Assembly (NCBI GenBank): GCA_965248265.1
Contig: CBDFJF010000002.1
Location: forward strand, 3,008,001 to 3,072,000
Length of the DNA stretch: 64,000 bases
Reading direction: 5' to 3'
Source: Candidatus Latescibacterota bacterium
GTDB lineage: Bacteria; Latescibacterota; UBA2968; UBA8231
The position numbers and the translations under genes were made by a program. Below, one piece after another: positions 29,914-40,325 of this stretch; the first letter of the stretch is position 1, and every line of letters begins with the position of its first letter. The notes beneath the pieces are model-generated. The model was not told where the DNA came from, searched no databases, and was given only the letters and a program-made list of their open reading frames with translations.

Positions 29914-30120
29914 GTGAGAAAAATGATAAAATGTCCAGTTTGCCGCATGTGGATCATAAAAATAATTGCCCCATCTTTAGAGTACAAAGGTAAGACATAT
30001 TACTTTATGAGCTCAAAACACAAGGCTACCTTTGAAAAAGATCCAGAGAAGTTCATTGGTGGTAAGGAGATGCATGGCGGGTCAAGACAAAATCGGTCAT
30101 TGATAGATGAAAAGCCCTAG
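29914..30120 (+). CDS. YHS domain protein
   Basis: CPVC.M.I...EYKGKTYYF.S..K..FEKDPEKF. Confidence 0.75.
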   Translation: MRKMIKCPVCRMWIIKIIAPSLEYKGKTYYFMSSKHKATFEKDPEKFIGGKEMHGGSRQNRSLIDEKP

Positions 30121-30323
30121 GATTGTTGGACACTCGGCTGGTGGAGATCAGGTACGACAGCGGTGTCGTAAGCGCTGTCGTACCTGAGCAGGAGTGTCGT
30201 AGCCGTGGCGCTGGAGGCACCACTGCTCGTTGTAGAGTCGTTTGAACTCAAGCAGGGTCAGTCGCAACTCCTCGACGGTGGCGAAGTGACTGACCCACAG
30301 GAGATTCTCCTTCAGCGTGCGAT
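30114..30323 (-). mobile_element. IS3-family transposase C-terminal remnant with probable element end
   Basis: Minus frame RTLKENLLWVSHFATVEELR...YNEQW.LQRHGY.TPAQ (30321-30148), followed by AGTGTCCAACAATCC. Confidence 0.65.
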
Positions 30324-30468
30324 TGGACCTCCACCAAAGAGCGTCACTGCACTGGCATGGTTATGTCAGGCCCAATGGCTGGTAATCGTATGGGGGTACT
30401 GGGTCGACAAACATCGGCACGCAATATCGAATTAGGATTCACCTGCCACTAAGGACAGGGGCCCTCTC

Positions 30469-32061
30469 ATGGATGATTTCGTAGACCAAGTACGCTGGAT
30501 ACTCGACTCTGCAATCGACGCCGCGATTACGATGTCAGAGGATGGGACGGTAACCGGCTGGAACGGCCACGCCGAAACCACTTTTGGCTGGACGAGGGAC
30601 GACGCGATCGGTCGGGATCTGTCCGAACTGATCATGCCGGAACGCTACCGGCAACGTCACCGAGATGGTTTAAGGCGCTTCCTCGAGACTGGCGAAGCTC
30701 GCATTATCGGCCGCAACATCGAGATCGAAGCACTGCATCGCGACGGCCACGAAATCCATGTCGAGCTCGGAGTCGCATCCTTGCGCGTCGGGGATCAGAA
30801 TATCTTTAGCGCCTTCCTTCGGGACATAAGCCAACGAACGGAGCGGGAACAATCTCTCCGCGACAGCCGGCGAAAGCTGACTGAGGCACAGCGCGTGGCC
30901 CATCTCGGATCGTGGGAGTGGAAAATTGCCGAAAATAAGGTTACGTGGTCCGAGGAGCTTCATCGAATCTACGGCACTACGCCGGATGACTTCGAGGCGT
31001 CGTACGAGGCTTTCATCGAACGCGTCCATCCGGAGGACCGGGAGCGGGTTGCCGGATTGGTTGAAGCCGCCTATGGTGGCGCGTCACTCGATTTCTTGCA
31101 CCGACTGGTTCGACCTGACGGCGAAATCCGTATCCTTCAGGCTCATGGTGAGCTGATTCGCGACGCCGAGGGCAACCCTAGTCGCATGGTGGGTACGGCC
31201 CTCGATGTTACGAAGCTGAAGGAGGCCGAGGCTGAAATCTCGAAGCTCAACGCCACGCTCGAGCGACGTGTGGAAGAACGCACCGCCGAGCTCGAAGCGG
31301 CGGTAGCAGAGCTCGAGACCACGCAGAACGAGCTTGTCCTCAGGGATAAGATGGCGGCCCTCGGACGATTGGTCGCCGGAGTCGCACACGAAATCAACAC
31401 GCCCCTTGGCGCGATCAAGAGCAACCATCAAACCCTCAAGCTGATTGTCGAGAAACTCGAAGTGAGCTCTCAGACTGCTGGCGTACACGATGGACTGATC
31501 GAGAACGCGAACAAAGTGATGGCTGTCACTGGCCAGGCCATCGAGCGAATCGCGGGAGTGGTCAGTGGACTGCGACGCTTTACTCGGCTCGACCAGGCCG
31601 AAGTGGACACCATCGACATAGTCGCGGCAATCAAGGAGACCCTACTTTTGCTGCGGCACGAGACCAAGGGTCGCATCACAATTCATCTCGACGAGACGGC
31701 ATCGCCGATGCTGGAGTGCTATGCCAACCAGATCAATCAGATGCTGATGAATCTTCTCGTCAACGCTAGTCAGGCGATCGATGGTCCCGGCGACATCTTC
31801 GTCAATGCGTCACAGCAAGACGAGTTTGTGACCATCCAGATTCGTGACACGGGCCGCGGGATCGCCCCCGCAGATCTCGGTCGGGTCTTCGACCCCGGCT
31901 TCACAACCAAGGGCGTGGGTGTCGGTACAGGGCTCGGTCTTTCAATCGTGCATCGGGTTGTCGAAGCGCACCGTGGTTCGATCGACGTCAACAGTGAGCG
32001 GGGCCGCGGGACGACCTTTCAGGTTCGTCTCCCTGTCCGGCTCGAGCGAGCTGGCGAGTGA
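30469..32061 (+). CDS. PAS-PAS sensor histidine kinase (NtrB-like)
   Basis: Two PAS/PAC domains, GVAHEINTP H-box, NLLVNA, DTGRG, FTTK, GTGLGL. Confidence 0.93.
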   Translation: MDDFVDQVRWILDSAIDAAITMSEDGTVTGWNGHAETTFGWTRDDAIGRDLSELIMPERYRQRHRDGLRRFLETGEARIIGRNIEIEALHRDGHEIHVELGVASLRVGDQNIFSAFLRDISQRTEREQSLRDSRRKLTEAQRVAHLGSWEWKIAENKVTWSEELHRIYGTTPDDFEASYEAFIERVHPEDRERVAGLVEAAYGGASLDFLHRLVRPDGEIRILQAHGELIRDAEGNPSRMVGTALDVTKLKEAEAEISKLNATLERRVEERTAELEAAVAELETTQNELVLRDKMAALGRLVAGVAHEINTPLGAIKSNHQTLKLIVEKLEVSSQTAGVHDGLIENANKVMAVTGQAIERIAGVVSGLRRFTRLDQAEVDTIDIVAAIKETLLLLRHETKGRITIHLDETASPMLECYANQINQMLMNLLVNASQAIDGPGDIFVNASQQDEFVTIQIRDTGRGIAPADLGRVFDPGFTTKGVGVGTGLGLSIVHRVVEAHRGSIDVNSERGRGTTFQVRLPVRLERAGE

Positions 32062-32139
32062 GCGAGTCCACTCGCCAAGCGTTCAGCACGAAACCAGTTC
32101 AGATGTGGGCACAGAAATCAGTTAGCAAGAAGGCAACAT

Positions 32140-32689
32140 CTAGCCACAGGTGACGAGTTGACAACTGGAGAGAGATTCACAAAGGACTGTGTCATAAAAC
32201 ACGGAGTGCAGTTCACGCCAGGTGACGGCGCCGACAAGCTCGTCGTATTGGTTCATCTCGACATAGACCGTATCCACGTCTCGCCCCAAAACGGCGCGCA
32301 TATTAATGTCTACTACCCTCGTTCCACAATCAGAGCCATTCTGCCAGACGCCAGATTCAGAGTCAGCTGACGTGCAAACACGAAAGGTGATCGTCGGACC
32401 GTCAAGGCGACGCAGATTGTTCTCTGTGGCATTCAGACAGAGTACTGCATCGATACAACTACACGTCGTGCGTACAGTCTCGAGTATAACGTCACGCTGG
32501 TAGGTAACGGCCATTCAACCTGGGCGGCACGTTGTCCGCCACCCAAAAAATAGCGCACACCACAACGACGTTCTGTGCGGTTGGTTTGCCAAAGTCGTTG
32601 ATTTCGGCCAGTTGCGTTTCGATTGATCCCCAGTTCACTTTGACCGAACTGACGGGCATCACCATATCACTCCGATTCTCGCTGAGCAT
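32140..32689 (-). pseudogene. Two overlapping short ORFs, possibly one broken hypothetical gene
   Basis: 32492-32689 and 32140-32514 overlap in different frames; lower GC; no family recognised. Confidence 0.3.
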
Positions 32690-32768
32690 CGGATGTTGTC
32701 TGATTCCCGCCTATCAGTTCGCCCGAGGATCCTTGACCATGTGCATTCGGGGGTGTTTCCTAGTGTCC
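32673..32768. repeat. ~96-bp degenerate intergenic repeat, copy B
   Basis: Aligns by eye with 26423-26518 in direct orientation. Confidence 0.8.
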
Positions 32769-32830
32769 CACGAGGGAGGCCGCATGGCCAACCTGATCTC
32801 AGGCGCTCCCAATGAGGTCCTCCCGACCAT

Positions 32831-32887
32831 GCTCTCGACATTGACGGCGGACCTGTCGGCCAGCTCACCGATGGTGTGTGCGCTCAT
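32831..32887 (-). pseudogene. MerR-family regulator N-terminal stub (about 19 codons)
   Basis: MSAHTIGELADRSAVNVES matches the MerR start TIG.LA....VNVETIRYYE, then diverges. Confidence 0.65.
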
Positions 32888-32907
32888 ACGAAACTTCCTC
32901 ACCCACT

Positions 32908-32938
32908 AACAATTCTCCGTACTCAGGTAAGGAGTCAA
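32908..32938 (-). promoter_or_regulatory. mer-type promoter/operator
   Basis: TTGACT-CCTTACCTGAGTACGG, close to the Tn21/Tn501 mer operator TTGACTCCGTACATGAGTACGG; the -10 box is poor. Confidence 0.7.
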
Positions 32939-33063
32939 CGGCCAATTCAGCGTCTGCACCGCGAAAAGCAGCGGCCGTCAACTGTGGTCGCAGCCGAAGC
33001 GGGACTGCGATGAAGGCCCAGGGGGCGTAGTGAACGAAGAGCCGCTGTGCCCGGAGAGAACCG

Positions 33064-35886
33064 CTATTTGAGCAAACTGTGGAGGCGAGCCTCGGAATGC
33101 GCGTTCCAGCCGCTGAGGATCTCGGCGATGCGAAAATCCTCATCGAGGATGAAGGTGATGGGCACGGAAAGCCGATCGCCCGAATAGAGCAATTCCAGGC
33201 TGCTCTCGTCGGCGGTGAAGACTGGATACGAGATTCCGAGTCTGGTGAGAAAGGAGGCGACTTTGCGGCGGGCGTCTTCCACTTCGACGCTGATGCCGAT
33301 CAGATCCACACCAGAGGACAGCAGTTCGGGGTAGAGTTTCTCCAGCTGCGGCATCTCTTCACGACACGGAGCACACCAGGTGGCCCACAGGTTGACGACG
33401 GCAGGGCGGCCCGACGAGCGCAGGGCGGTCGCGGCCCCGTGCCGGTCGGTCAGCGCCAGCGCGGGAAACGGCTCTCCCGGGCGCGGCCGTACGGACTGGC
33501 GGACGAGCTCGTCGGTCGCCGCGGGGTCGGACAGCGAGAAGCGGCGCTCGCGCACGTACTCCAGCTCGTCTTCACCCTCCCGCACCAATACCGATGAGCC
33601 GGCCGCTACCGGGCCAAAACGCTGCGTCGATCCAGCGGGCCACCGGATCTGGAGCCATTGGGCGCTCTCGTCCTGTCCCAGGCCGAACAGCAGGCGCGGG
33701 TCACTCTGCGAGACGAAGCCGCTGCCTCCTGCCTTGATTCGCGTGAGCACTCCCTGCGAGGTCTTGACCCGCACCCGGGCGCCGTAGGCGTCACGCCCGC
33801 TCTCGCTTCCTCTCAGGGCAACGCGGAGGAAGCCGTTGCGAGTGCCGACTTCATTGCGGAACAGGTGATGGGTCTGCCCCTGCAGGCTGGTCAGGAAGAC
33901 GTCGTAGTCGCCGTCGTTGTCGAAGTCGGCGTAGGCGGCGCCACGCGCGTCGCTGACGGCGTCGAGCCCCGACAGTCCGGAAATGTCGACGAAGCGCTCG
34001 CCGCGATCGCTGAGGTAGAGCTTGTCGCGTTCGAAACCGCTGAACGAGAAACCGTCCTCCAGGATCTTGGCCATGTGCTCATTCTGATACTGGGAGTTCC
34101 CGGCGTCTTCCAGTTCCACTGACGACGCCAGCACGTGGCGCCAGAACAGGCTTCACGTGTCCTTCAGCGACTTGCCAGAGACGAATCCGTTGGGGCTGTG
34201 GATGTCCTGCCAGCCGTCGTTGTCGAAGTCGAGGAATCCACCCCCCCAGGCCCATCCGCCGGCGAACGGTCCGATCGCGGCGCTCACGTCCTCGAACCGC
34301 CCGTCTCCGAGATTGTGGAAGACTGTGTTGCCGGCGGCGAGCTTGTTGAGGACGCGGGTCTCGTCCAGGTGCGAGGCGCTGTCGGGGAACAGACGCTTGA
34401 TAATGCGATTGCCTGCCGTCGAGGACATGTTGGTGACGTGCAGGTCGAGATGCCCGTCGTTGTCGTAGTCGCCGACGGAGACACCCATGCCGTTGCCCGG
34501 GTCCAGCATGCCCATGGCGGCGGCGACATCCTCGAACCGGTCCCCGCGATTGAGGTACACCGCGTTCTCGCCAAAGTCGTTGGCAAGGTAAAAATCCTGT
34601 CGACCGTTGTCGTCGAGATCGACGAAGTGGGCCGCATACGACCAGCGGCTGTCGGCCACGCCCCAGGCGGCGCCCTGCTCGGCAAAGGTGCCGTCGCCGC
34701 GATTGACGAACAGCAGATTCGGCGTGCCGTTGGTGGCCCGTGACCAGGAATTGGGCATAACCAGGCCATAGCGATTGTAGGAGGCCACGTGGATGTCGGG
34801 ATAGCCGTCGCCGTTGACGTCGGCCGCGCTGGCGCTGAATCCCTGTGCGGGCAAATCGACGCCGGACGCCGCCGACACATCGACGAAGGTGAGCGTGCCA
34901 TCGGGCACCAACCGACTCTCGAACAGCATCTGATCGCCCAGCGTCGCCACGAACAGATCACTGTCGCCGTCGTTGTCGTAATCGAGAAAGAGCGCTCCCG
35001 AGCCGTTGAGGGTGATCTTGAGACCGGCCGCGGCGGCGCGATTCTCGAAGCGACCGTCGCCCAGGTTCAAGAAGAGGAAGTTCTGCCCCTGACTCGTCGT
35101 GAACACATCGAGCAGTCCGTCGCCGTCGACGTCGGCGACCGCGACCCCGTGAGCGATGAAGCCGGGATTGTCCGGCGAGCCGAAACGCGGCAGGGTGTGG
35201 TATACCTCGGCGGATACGGTGACTTCGTTGAACAGGTCCGTCAACGCGACGCGCGCGTGGAAGGAGGAGAGGGTGAACTCCCCGATGGACCAGCGCTCGC
35301 CGGCGCGGACAGCCTCCACGTGCGCCTTCGCTTCGGTCCAGGCGCGAGCGCCGCTGCGGTCGCGTCCGATGATGGCTATGTAGATGGAGGCATCGGCGCG
35401 CGTCTGTAACTCGCGCATGTCGAAGTCAGCCTGTTTGACCTTGAAACGCACGTCCTCGATACTGGCGAAGCCGCCGAGGTAGCTGTGCCAGCTGCTCAGG
35501 AAGGCGGCTGCGTCCACGGGCTCCAGCGGCCAGGGCGAGTCGACCTCGGCGATCCACTTGATCTGGGGCGTGCGGTCACCTCCCGGCGCAGGCCATGGGG
35601 TCGCGGTGAGTCGGGGACTGAAGTGGCCGGCCATCGAATCGGCATCGCGATCGCGCACGGCGAGGGAGAGTTCGTGCAACTGGTTGGCGAGGTCCTCGCT
35701 CAAATCCTCGATTTGTTCGACCTGAGCCCGGTTCACTGGACCGGCGTCCGACGGACCGGCCTGCGCACTACTCGCAGGAGGGTCGGCGACACCCACAGCA
35801 AGTGACAGGGCAGCGGCGGCGATAGCCGCACGGCGGGCTTCACGCCATAGTGTGATGGGTGCGTGCAAGGGGTTCTCTCGGCTCAC
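33064..35886 (-). CDS. Probably secreted FG-GAP/VCBS (CRTAC1-like) + ASPIC/UnbV + TlpA-like thioredoxin protein, 940 aa, with in-frame TGA at codon 578 (probable selenocysteine)
   Basis: ORFs 34153-35886 and 33064-34134 share a frame, joined by TGA-AGC-CTG-TTC-TGG-CGC-CAC (KDT*SLFWRHV); DxDNDG repeats on both sides; WATWCAPC at the C-terminus. Confidence 0.8.
34100..34152 (-). promoter_or_regulatory. Candidate bacterial SECIS hairpin(s) 3' of the in-frame TGA
   Basis: GGCGCCA-CGTGC-TGGCGTC (+11 to +29), or alternatively CTGGCGTC..TCAGT-GGA-ACTGG..GACGCCGG (+22 to +53); both have G at loop position 1 or 2. Confidence 0.5.
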
Positions 35887-36331
35887 ATCTCGTTCGGATC
35901 GACAATCGCACTGTAGGTAAACTGACGTACGTGGCGGGCCCGATCAATGTCGCTTACGACGAACGACGACGGTGCGGATGCGGCTGAAGGCCCAGGTGAG
36001 TTCTGCGATAATCAGACAATCAGAATGAAGCTGAGTTCGGCGCTCGAGCAGTAACGCTCGGCCTCGTATTCAAGTTCCGAGCGGGGGAGAGCTCTTTGGA
36101 GTCGACACACGAACCGAACCGATGGGTAGCGCGGTGGCTGTTCATCGTCAGTTGTTCCGTCGTCGGCCTGGTCGCCATCGGCAGGTGGGTGCGGCTGACG
36201 GTCGGGGTTGTCGATGCGGCCCGGATCGCAGAGACTGGTGCCGCTGGAGGCACGGTGGCTGATTCGGTTGCTCGTGCGGTAATCGCACCATCAAACCGAT
36301 TACCGGTGTGAGAGGTCCTGTCGTCAGGAAT

Positions 36332-36364
36332 AACCCTCCCGGAGCACTACGATCCGGGAGGGTT
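36332..36364. terminator. Intrinsic terminator-like hairpin
   Basis: Perfect 12-bp stem AACCCTCCCGGA/TCCGGGAGGGTT with 9-nt loop. Confidence 0.55.
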
Positions 36365-36841
36365 TCTGCTTCGGACGATTTCAGCTCTCAGAGTCAGGAT
36401 CGTTCCACCATGTGCTCTGGTGCGGGACGCGGGTGCCGATGGAATTGAAGAAAAGCTGTGTCGCCGTATGGGGCGGGCCGGCTCCATGGCGAAGCGGCGG
36501 CCGACGGAGTCGTCGTCCCAGGTCCAGCCGTCTCGTTCGCGGACGTTGGCCACCAGTTTCGCCGTGTCGTCGACGTACACCTTGTAGCTGACGTAAAGAT
36601 TGGAATCCGTGTACGCGTGGCGGGCTTCGACAGGGTAGGAGAGCGGATGAAGCCGCATGAAGGGCAGGTTCTTGTGGAACCGAGATACCAGCGTGGCTTC
36701 TTGCCAGGCCACGTCGTTCAACTCTCCGTCGACCACGGGTAGCACGTACGGAGGCAGAGTGAACGCCCGCAGTGATGGTAAGGCAAGGGGGAGGTGTCCT
36801 CTCGGTGACACTCCCCCTTGCTGAGCACGATTCGGCACCAT
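36347..36841 (-). pseudogene. CBM9-like/DOMON sugar-binding domain fragment
   Basis: PVVDGELND.AW..A, YTDSNLYV, RDG..W.DDSV, then loses similarity. Confidence 0.55.
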
Positions 36842-36903
36842 CAGGCGCTGTGACAGCGGAGTAGGTGAGCTCTATCACCGAACGGCGCGTACCTGGCCGT
36901 ATG

Positions 36904-37404
36904 TCATGTGTTCGGCTTCTTCAGCAGAATCTGAAAGATCATGACGTGAGTCACGAAAAGGGCCGGCACGATCAGAAGTGGGATGAAAACCACTCCACCC
37001 AGTTGGCCTGCATCTACGTGCTGCAGACCTTGAGATATGGCATAAACTGCATCGATGGTCCCCTCCAGATTGAAGATCCAGACTAGAGGAATCGCAATCG
37101 ACCATCTGAACTTCAGTGCTACCACCGCAATCAGAGCGAGGATGGACGCCAGAAGGTCGCCGTAGGCAGCCGGCACGGCAAAGTCGTGGGTAACATCGGG
37201 CGATACGACACCAGGAATGAGAAAGGCAAGTCCGATGTAACGAAACGCATGGGGGAGCACCAGTGGGATCAGCGCATCATGGCGGGAAAGTTTCGTTAAG
37301 GCCGGCATGACATACCATCGAGCGATGAGTCCGTAGGTTGCTATCCCGAGCACAATGCTCACCGCGATCTTCAGCATATCCTGCCCCAGGACTTCTGATG
37401 GCAT
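36904..37404 (-). CDS. Conserved hypothetical membrane protein
   Basis: H.FRYIGL.FL.PG, PAAYGD, W.FN..G..D, VP.L..TH; ATG at 37404 after GGAGG. Confidence 0.75.
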   Translation of the reverse strand: MPSEVLGQDMLKIAVSIVLGIATYGLIARWYVMPALTKLSRHDALIPLVLPHAFRYIGLAFLIPGVVSPDVTHDFAVPAAYGDLLASILALIAVVALKFRWSIAIPLVWIFNLEGTIDAVYAISQGLQHVDAGQLGGVVFIPLLIVPALFVTHVMIFQILLKKPNT

Positions 37405-37834
37405 GAGTGTCCTCCCTTCGGTTAAGGCGCTGTGCGCTGGGTGAACGTGATGAGAAACTTCCCGATCAGACTCTTTCTCTTCTTCAGCATCAGCACATGC
37501 CATAGACGAGTCGTGGCCATGGTATTCGTGGACTACCGCCTGCCCCGCCCGGCGGTCGCACAATATGCTGCCTAACGGCAAAAAACGCACTCTCCACAAG
37601 ATGGAGGGGCGCGATCTCCATCTGTTGCGTGATTTGCCCAGGATCATGAAACGATGGATGGAGAGGGAACAGTTGCTGACTAGCCAGGCGAGGCGGATTG
37701 CCGTGGTCCGCTAGGCGAGCATCAGATTCAGTGGACGATTCCCACCCAGTGACAATCGGCAGTGCCTGCTCTCCCATGACTTAAGAACGGAAGCTGCACA
37801 TCACTTTCCTGATCAGTCGTAACATCGGAAGACA

Positions 37835-40288
37835 CTATATCTTTAGGCCACGCAGCCGCAATGCGTTGGCTATGACGGACAGGGAGCTGAAAGTCATGGC
37901 GGCGCTGGCGATGATCGGGCTCAGCAGCAGTCCATAGACAGGATAGAGGACACCGGCTGCGACGGGCACGCCCAGGCTGTTGTAAGCGAAGGCGAAGAAC
38001 AGGTTCTGGCGAATGTTGCGCATGGTACCGCGACTCAGGAGTCGCGCCTTTGCGATGCCACGCAGGTCGCCCTGCACCAGCGTGATGCCGGCGCTCTCCA
38101 TGGCCACGTCGGTACCGGTGCCCATGGCGATACCCACGTGGGCCCGCGCCAGTGCGGGAGCATCGTTAATGCCGTCGCCGGCCATGGCCACCGTGCGCCC
38201 CTCCTCTTGCAGGCGCTCTATGACGGCGCTCTTGTCCTCGGGCAGCACCTCCGCCACAACATGGTCGATGCCAAGCTCGCCAGCCACGGCTCGCGCGGTC
38301 AACTCGCTGTCGCCGGTTAACATGACGATGCGGATGCCAGCCTCGTGCAGCAGGCGGATCGCCTCCGGTGTGGAGCCTTTGATCGGATCGGCTACACCGA
38401 GGACGCCGACGGTCTGGCCGTCTACGGCGACGAACATGGCTGTATACCCTTTCTCGCGCAGGCCCACAGCCGGATCGCGCAGCCCCGATATGTCGATGCC
38501 CTCCTGCGCGAAGAGGGCCGCGTTGCCCAGGACCAGGGCCCTCCCGTCCACCGTGCCCATGACCCCCTTGCCCGGAGTCGACTCGAAACTTTCAACTCCG
38601 ACCAGGTCGAGTCCCCGAGCCTCGGCGCCGTCGACGATGGCGGCCGCAAGGGGGTGCTCGCTGCCGCGCTCGAGACTGGCTGCCAGGCGCACCAGGTCGT
38701 CCTCGCCGAGGGCGTCGGTGGTCTCGACGGCGATCAGCTTCGGCTTGCCTTCGGTGAGAGTGCCAGTCTTGTCGACGACGACGGTGTCCACCTTCTCGAA
38801 CAGCTCCAAGGCCTCGGCGTCACGGATCAGCACGCCGGCGGTGGCTCCCCGTCCCGTGCCTACCATGATCGACATCGGTGTCGCCAGGCCAAGGGCGCAG
38901 GGACATGCGATGATCAGGACCGCCACGGCGTTAACCAATGCGTAGCCCATTGCCGGCTCGGGACCGACAGCGGCCCAGACGAAGAAGGTGGCGGCCGCTG
39001 ACAGCACCACCGCAGGCACGAACCACGCGGCTACCTGGTCGGCGACGCGCTGAATTGGCGCCCGGCTGCGCTGCGCGTCGGCTACCATCTGCACGATGCG
39101 CGACAGCAGCGTGTCGGCGCCGACGCGCTGCGCCACGATGACCAGGGTGCCGTTGCCGTTTACTGTGCCGCCCGTGACGATGCTGCTCACGCTCTTCTCC
39201 ACGGGTATGGGTTCGCCGGAGACCATCGACTCGTCCACCGAGCTACTGCCCTCCACGACTTCCCCATCCACAGGGAGTTTGCCACCTGGACGCACCCGCA
39301 AGTGCATGCCTACCGTCACCTCCTCGAGGGGAATCTCCGTTTCGACGCCGTCTTCGGCGACGCGCAGCGCCGTGGGCGGCGCCAGGCTGAGCAGTTGCTT
39401 CAGGGCAGATGACGTACGGCTGCGCGCCTTCAATTCCAGTACCTGCCCGAGCAGCACCAGGGCGGTGATTACGGCGCCCGCCTCGAAGTAGACGGCCACC
39501 TGACCGCCTTGCCCGCGGAAGGAATCCGGAAACACCTCTGGCGCCAGTGTGGCGACGATACTGTAGCCGAAAGCGGCGCCTACACCGATGCCGATGAGCG
39601 TGAACATGTTGAGGCTGCGGTTGACGATGGACTGCCAGCCCCGCACGAAGAAGGGCCAGCCGCCCCAGAGAATAACGGGCGTGGCGAGGGCGAACTGCAG
39701 CCACGTGTTGGCGGTGCGCGACAGCCAGTCGTTCACCGGGTTCCCGGGGATGTGATCGCCCATGGCCAACACCAGCACCGGCAGGGTCAAGACCGTGCTG
39801 ATCCAAAACCGTCGCCGCATGTCGATAAACTCGGGATCCTCTTCCTCGTCAAGGGTAATGGTGCGCGGTTCCAGAGCCATGCCACACTTGGGGCAGGTGC
39901 CTGGCCCGTCCTGCACGACCTCGGGGTGCATCGGGCACGTGTATTCCGTTCGGTGCTGTGGGCCCTGCAGGGTGACCAGCTCGAGGGCCATTCCGCAGTC
40001 CGGGCAAGATCCCGGACCGACCTGCCGCACCTCGGGATGCATAGGGCAGGTGTATCCAGCCGAATGATCTCGGTGGTCAAGATTGCTAGTCTCTGCGCCG
40101 TGGCCTGCGAGAAACTGTGACGGATCGACGCTGAACCGCTCGCGGCAATGATTGCTGCAGAAGAAATAGGTGACACCATCGTGTGCGAAGCTGGGAGTGT
40201 CGGCTGTGGGCATTACTTCCATGCCGCAAACGGGATCTAAAGCCACCTCCCCGTCAATGCCTCCGGCGTGAACTGTTGGATCTTCCAT
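37835..40288 (-). CDS. copA: Cu(I)/Ag(I)-type P1B ATPase with YHS and two YTCPMHP metal-binding domains
   Basis: DPVCGM, YTCPMHP x2, [31 protein letters not shown] and M..SS. Confidence 0.93.
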   Translation of the reverse strand: MEDPTVHAGGIDGEVALDPVCGMEVMPTADTPSFAHDGVTYFFCSNHCRERFSVDPSQFLAGHGAETSNLDHRDHSAGYTCPMHPEVRQVGPGSCPDCGMALELVTLQGPQHRTEYTCPMHPEVVQDGPGTCPKCGMALEPRTITLDEEEDPEFIDMRRRFWISTVLTLPVLVLAMGDHIPGNPVNDWLSRTANTWLQFALATPVILWGGWPFFVRGWQSIVNRSLNMFTLIGIGVGAAFGYSIVATLAPEVFPDSFRGQGGQVAVYFEAGAVITALVLLGQVLELKARSRTSSALKQLLSLAPPTALRVAEDGVETEIPLEEVTVGMHLRVRPGGKLPVDGEVVEGSSSVDESMVSGEPIPVEKSVSSIVTGGTVNGNGTLVIVAQRVGADTLLSRIVQMVADAQRSRAPIQRVADQVAAWFVPAVVLSAAATFFVWAAVGPEPAMGYALVNAVAVLIIACPCALGLATPMSIMVGTGRGATAGVLIRDAEALELFEKVDTVVVDKTGTLTEGKPKLIAVETTDALGEDDLVRLAASLERGSEHPLAAAIVDGAEARGLDLVGVESFESTPGKGVMGTVDGRALVLGNAALFAQEGIDISGLRDPAVGLREKGYTAMFVAVDGQTVGVLGVADPIKGSTPEAIRLLHEAGIRIVMLTGDSELTARAVAGELGIDHVVAEVLPEDKSAVIERLQEEGRTVAMAGDGINDAPALARAHVGIAMGTGTDVAMESAGITLVQGDLRGIAKARLLSRGTMRNIRQNLFFAFAYNSLGVPVAAGVLYPVYGLLLSPIIASAAMTFSSLSVIANALRLRGLKI

Positions 40289-40325
40289 TACCTACTCCTC
40301 AGCCCAGAATGCGGGATTCCACGCT

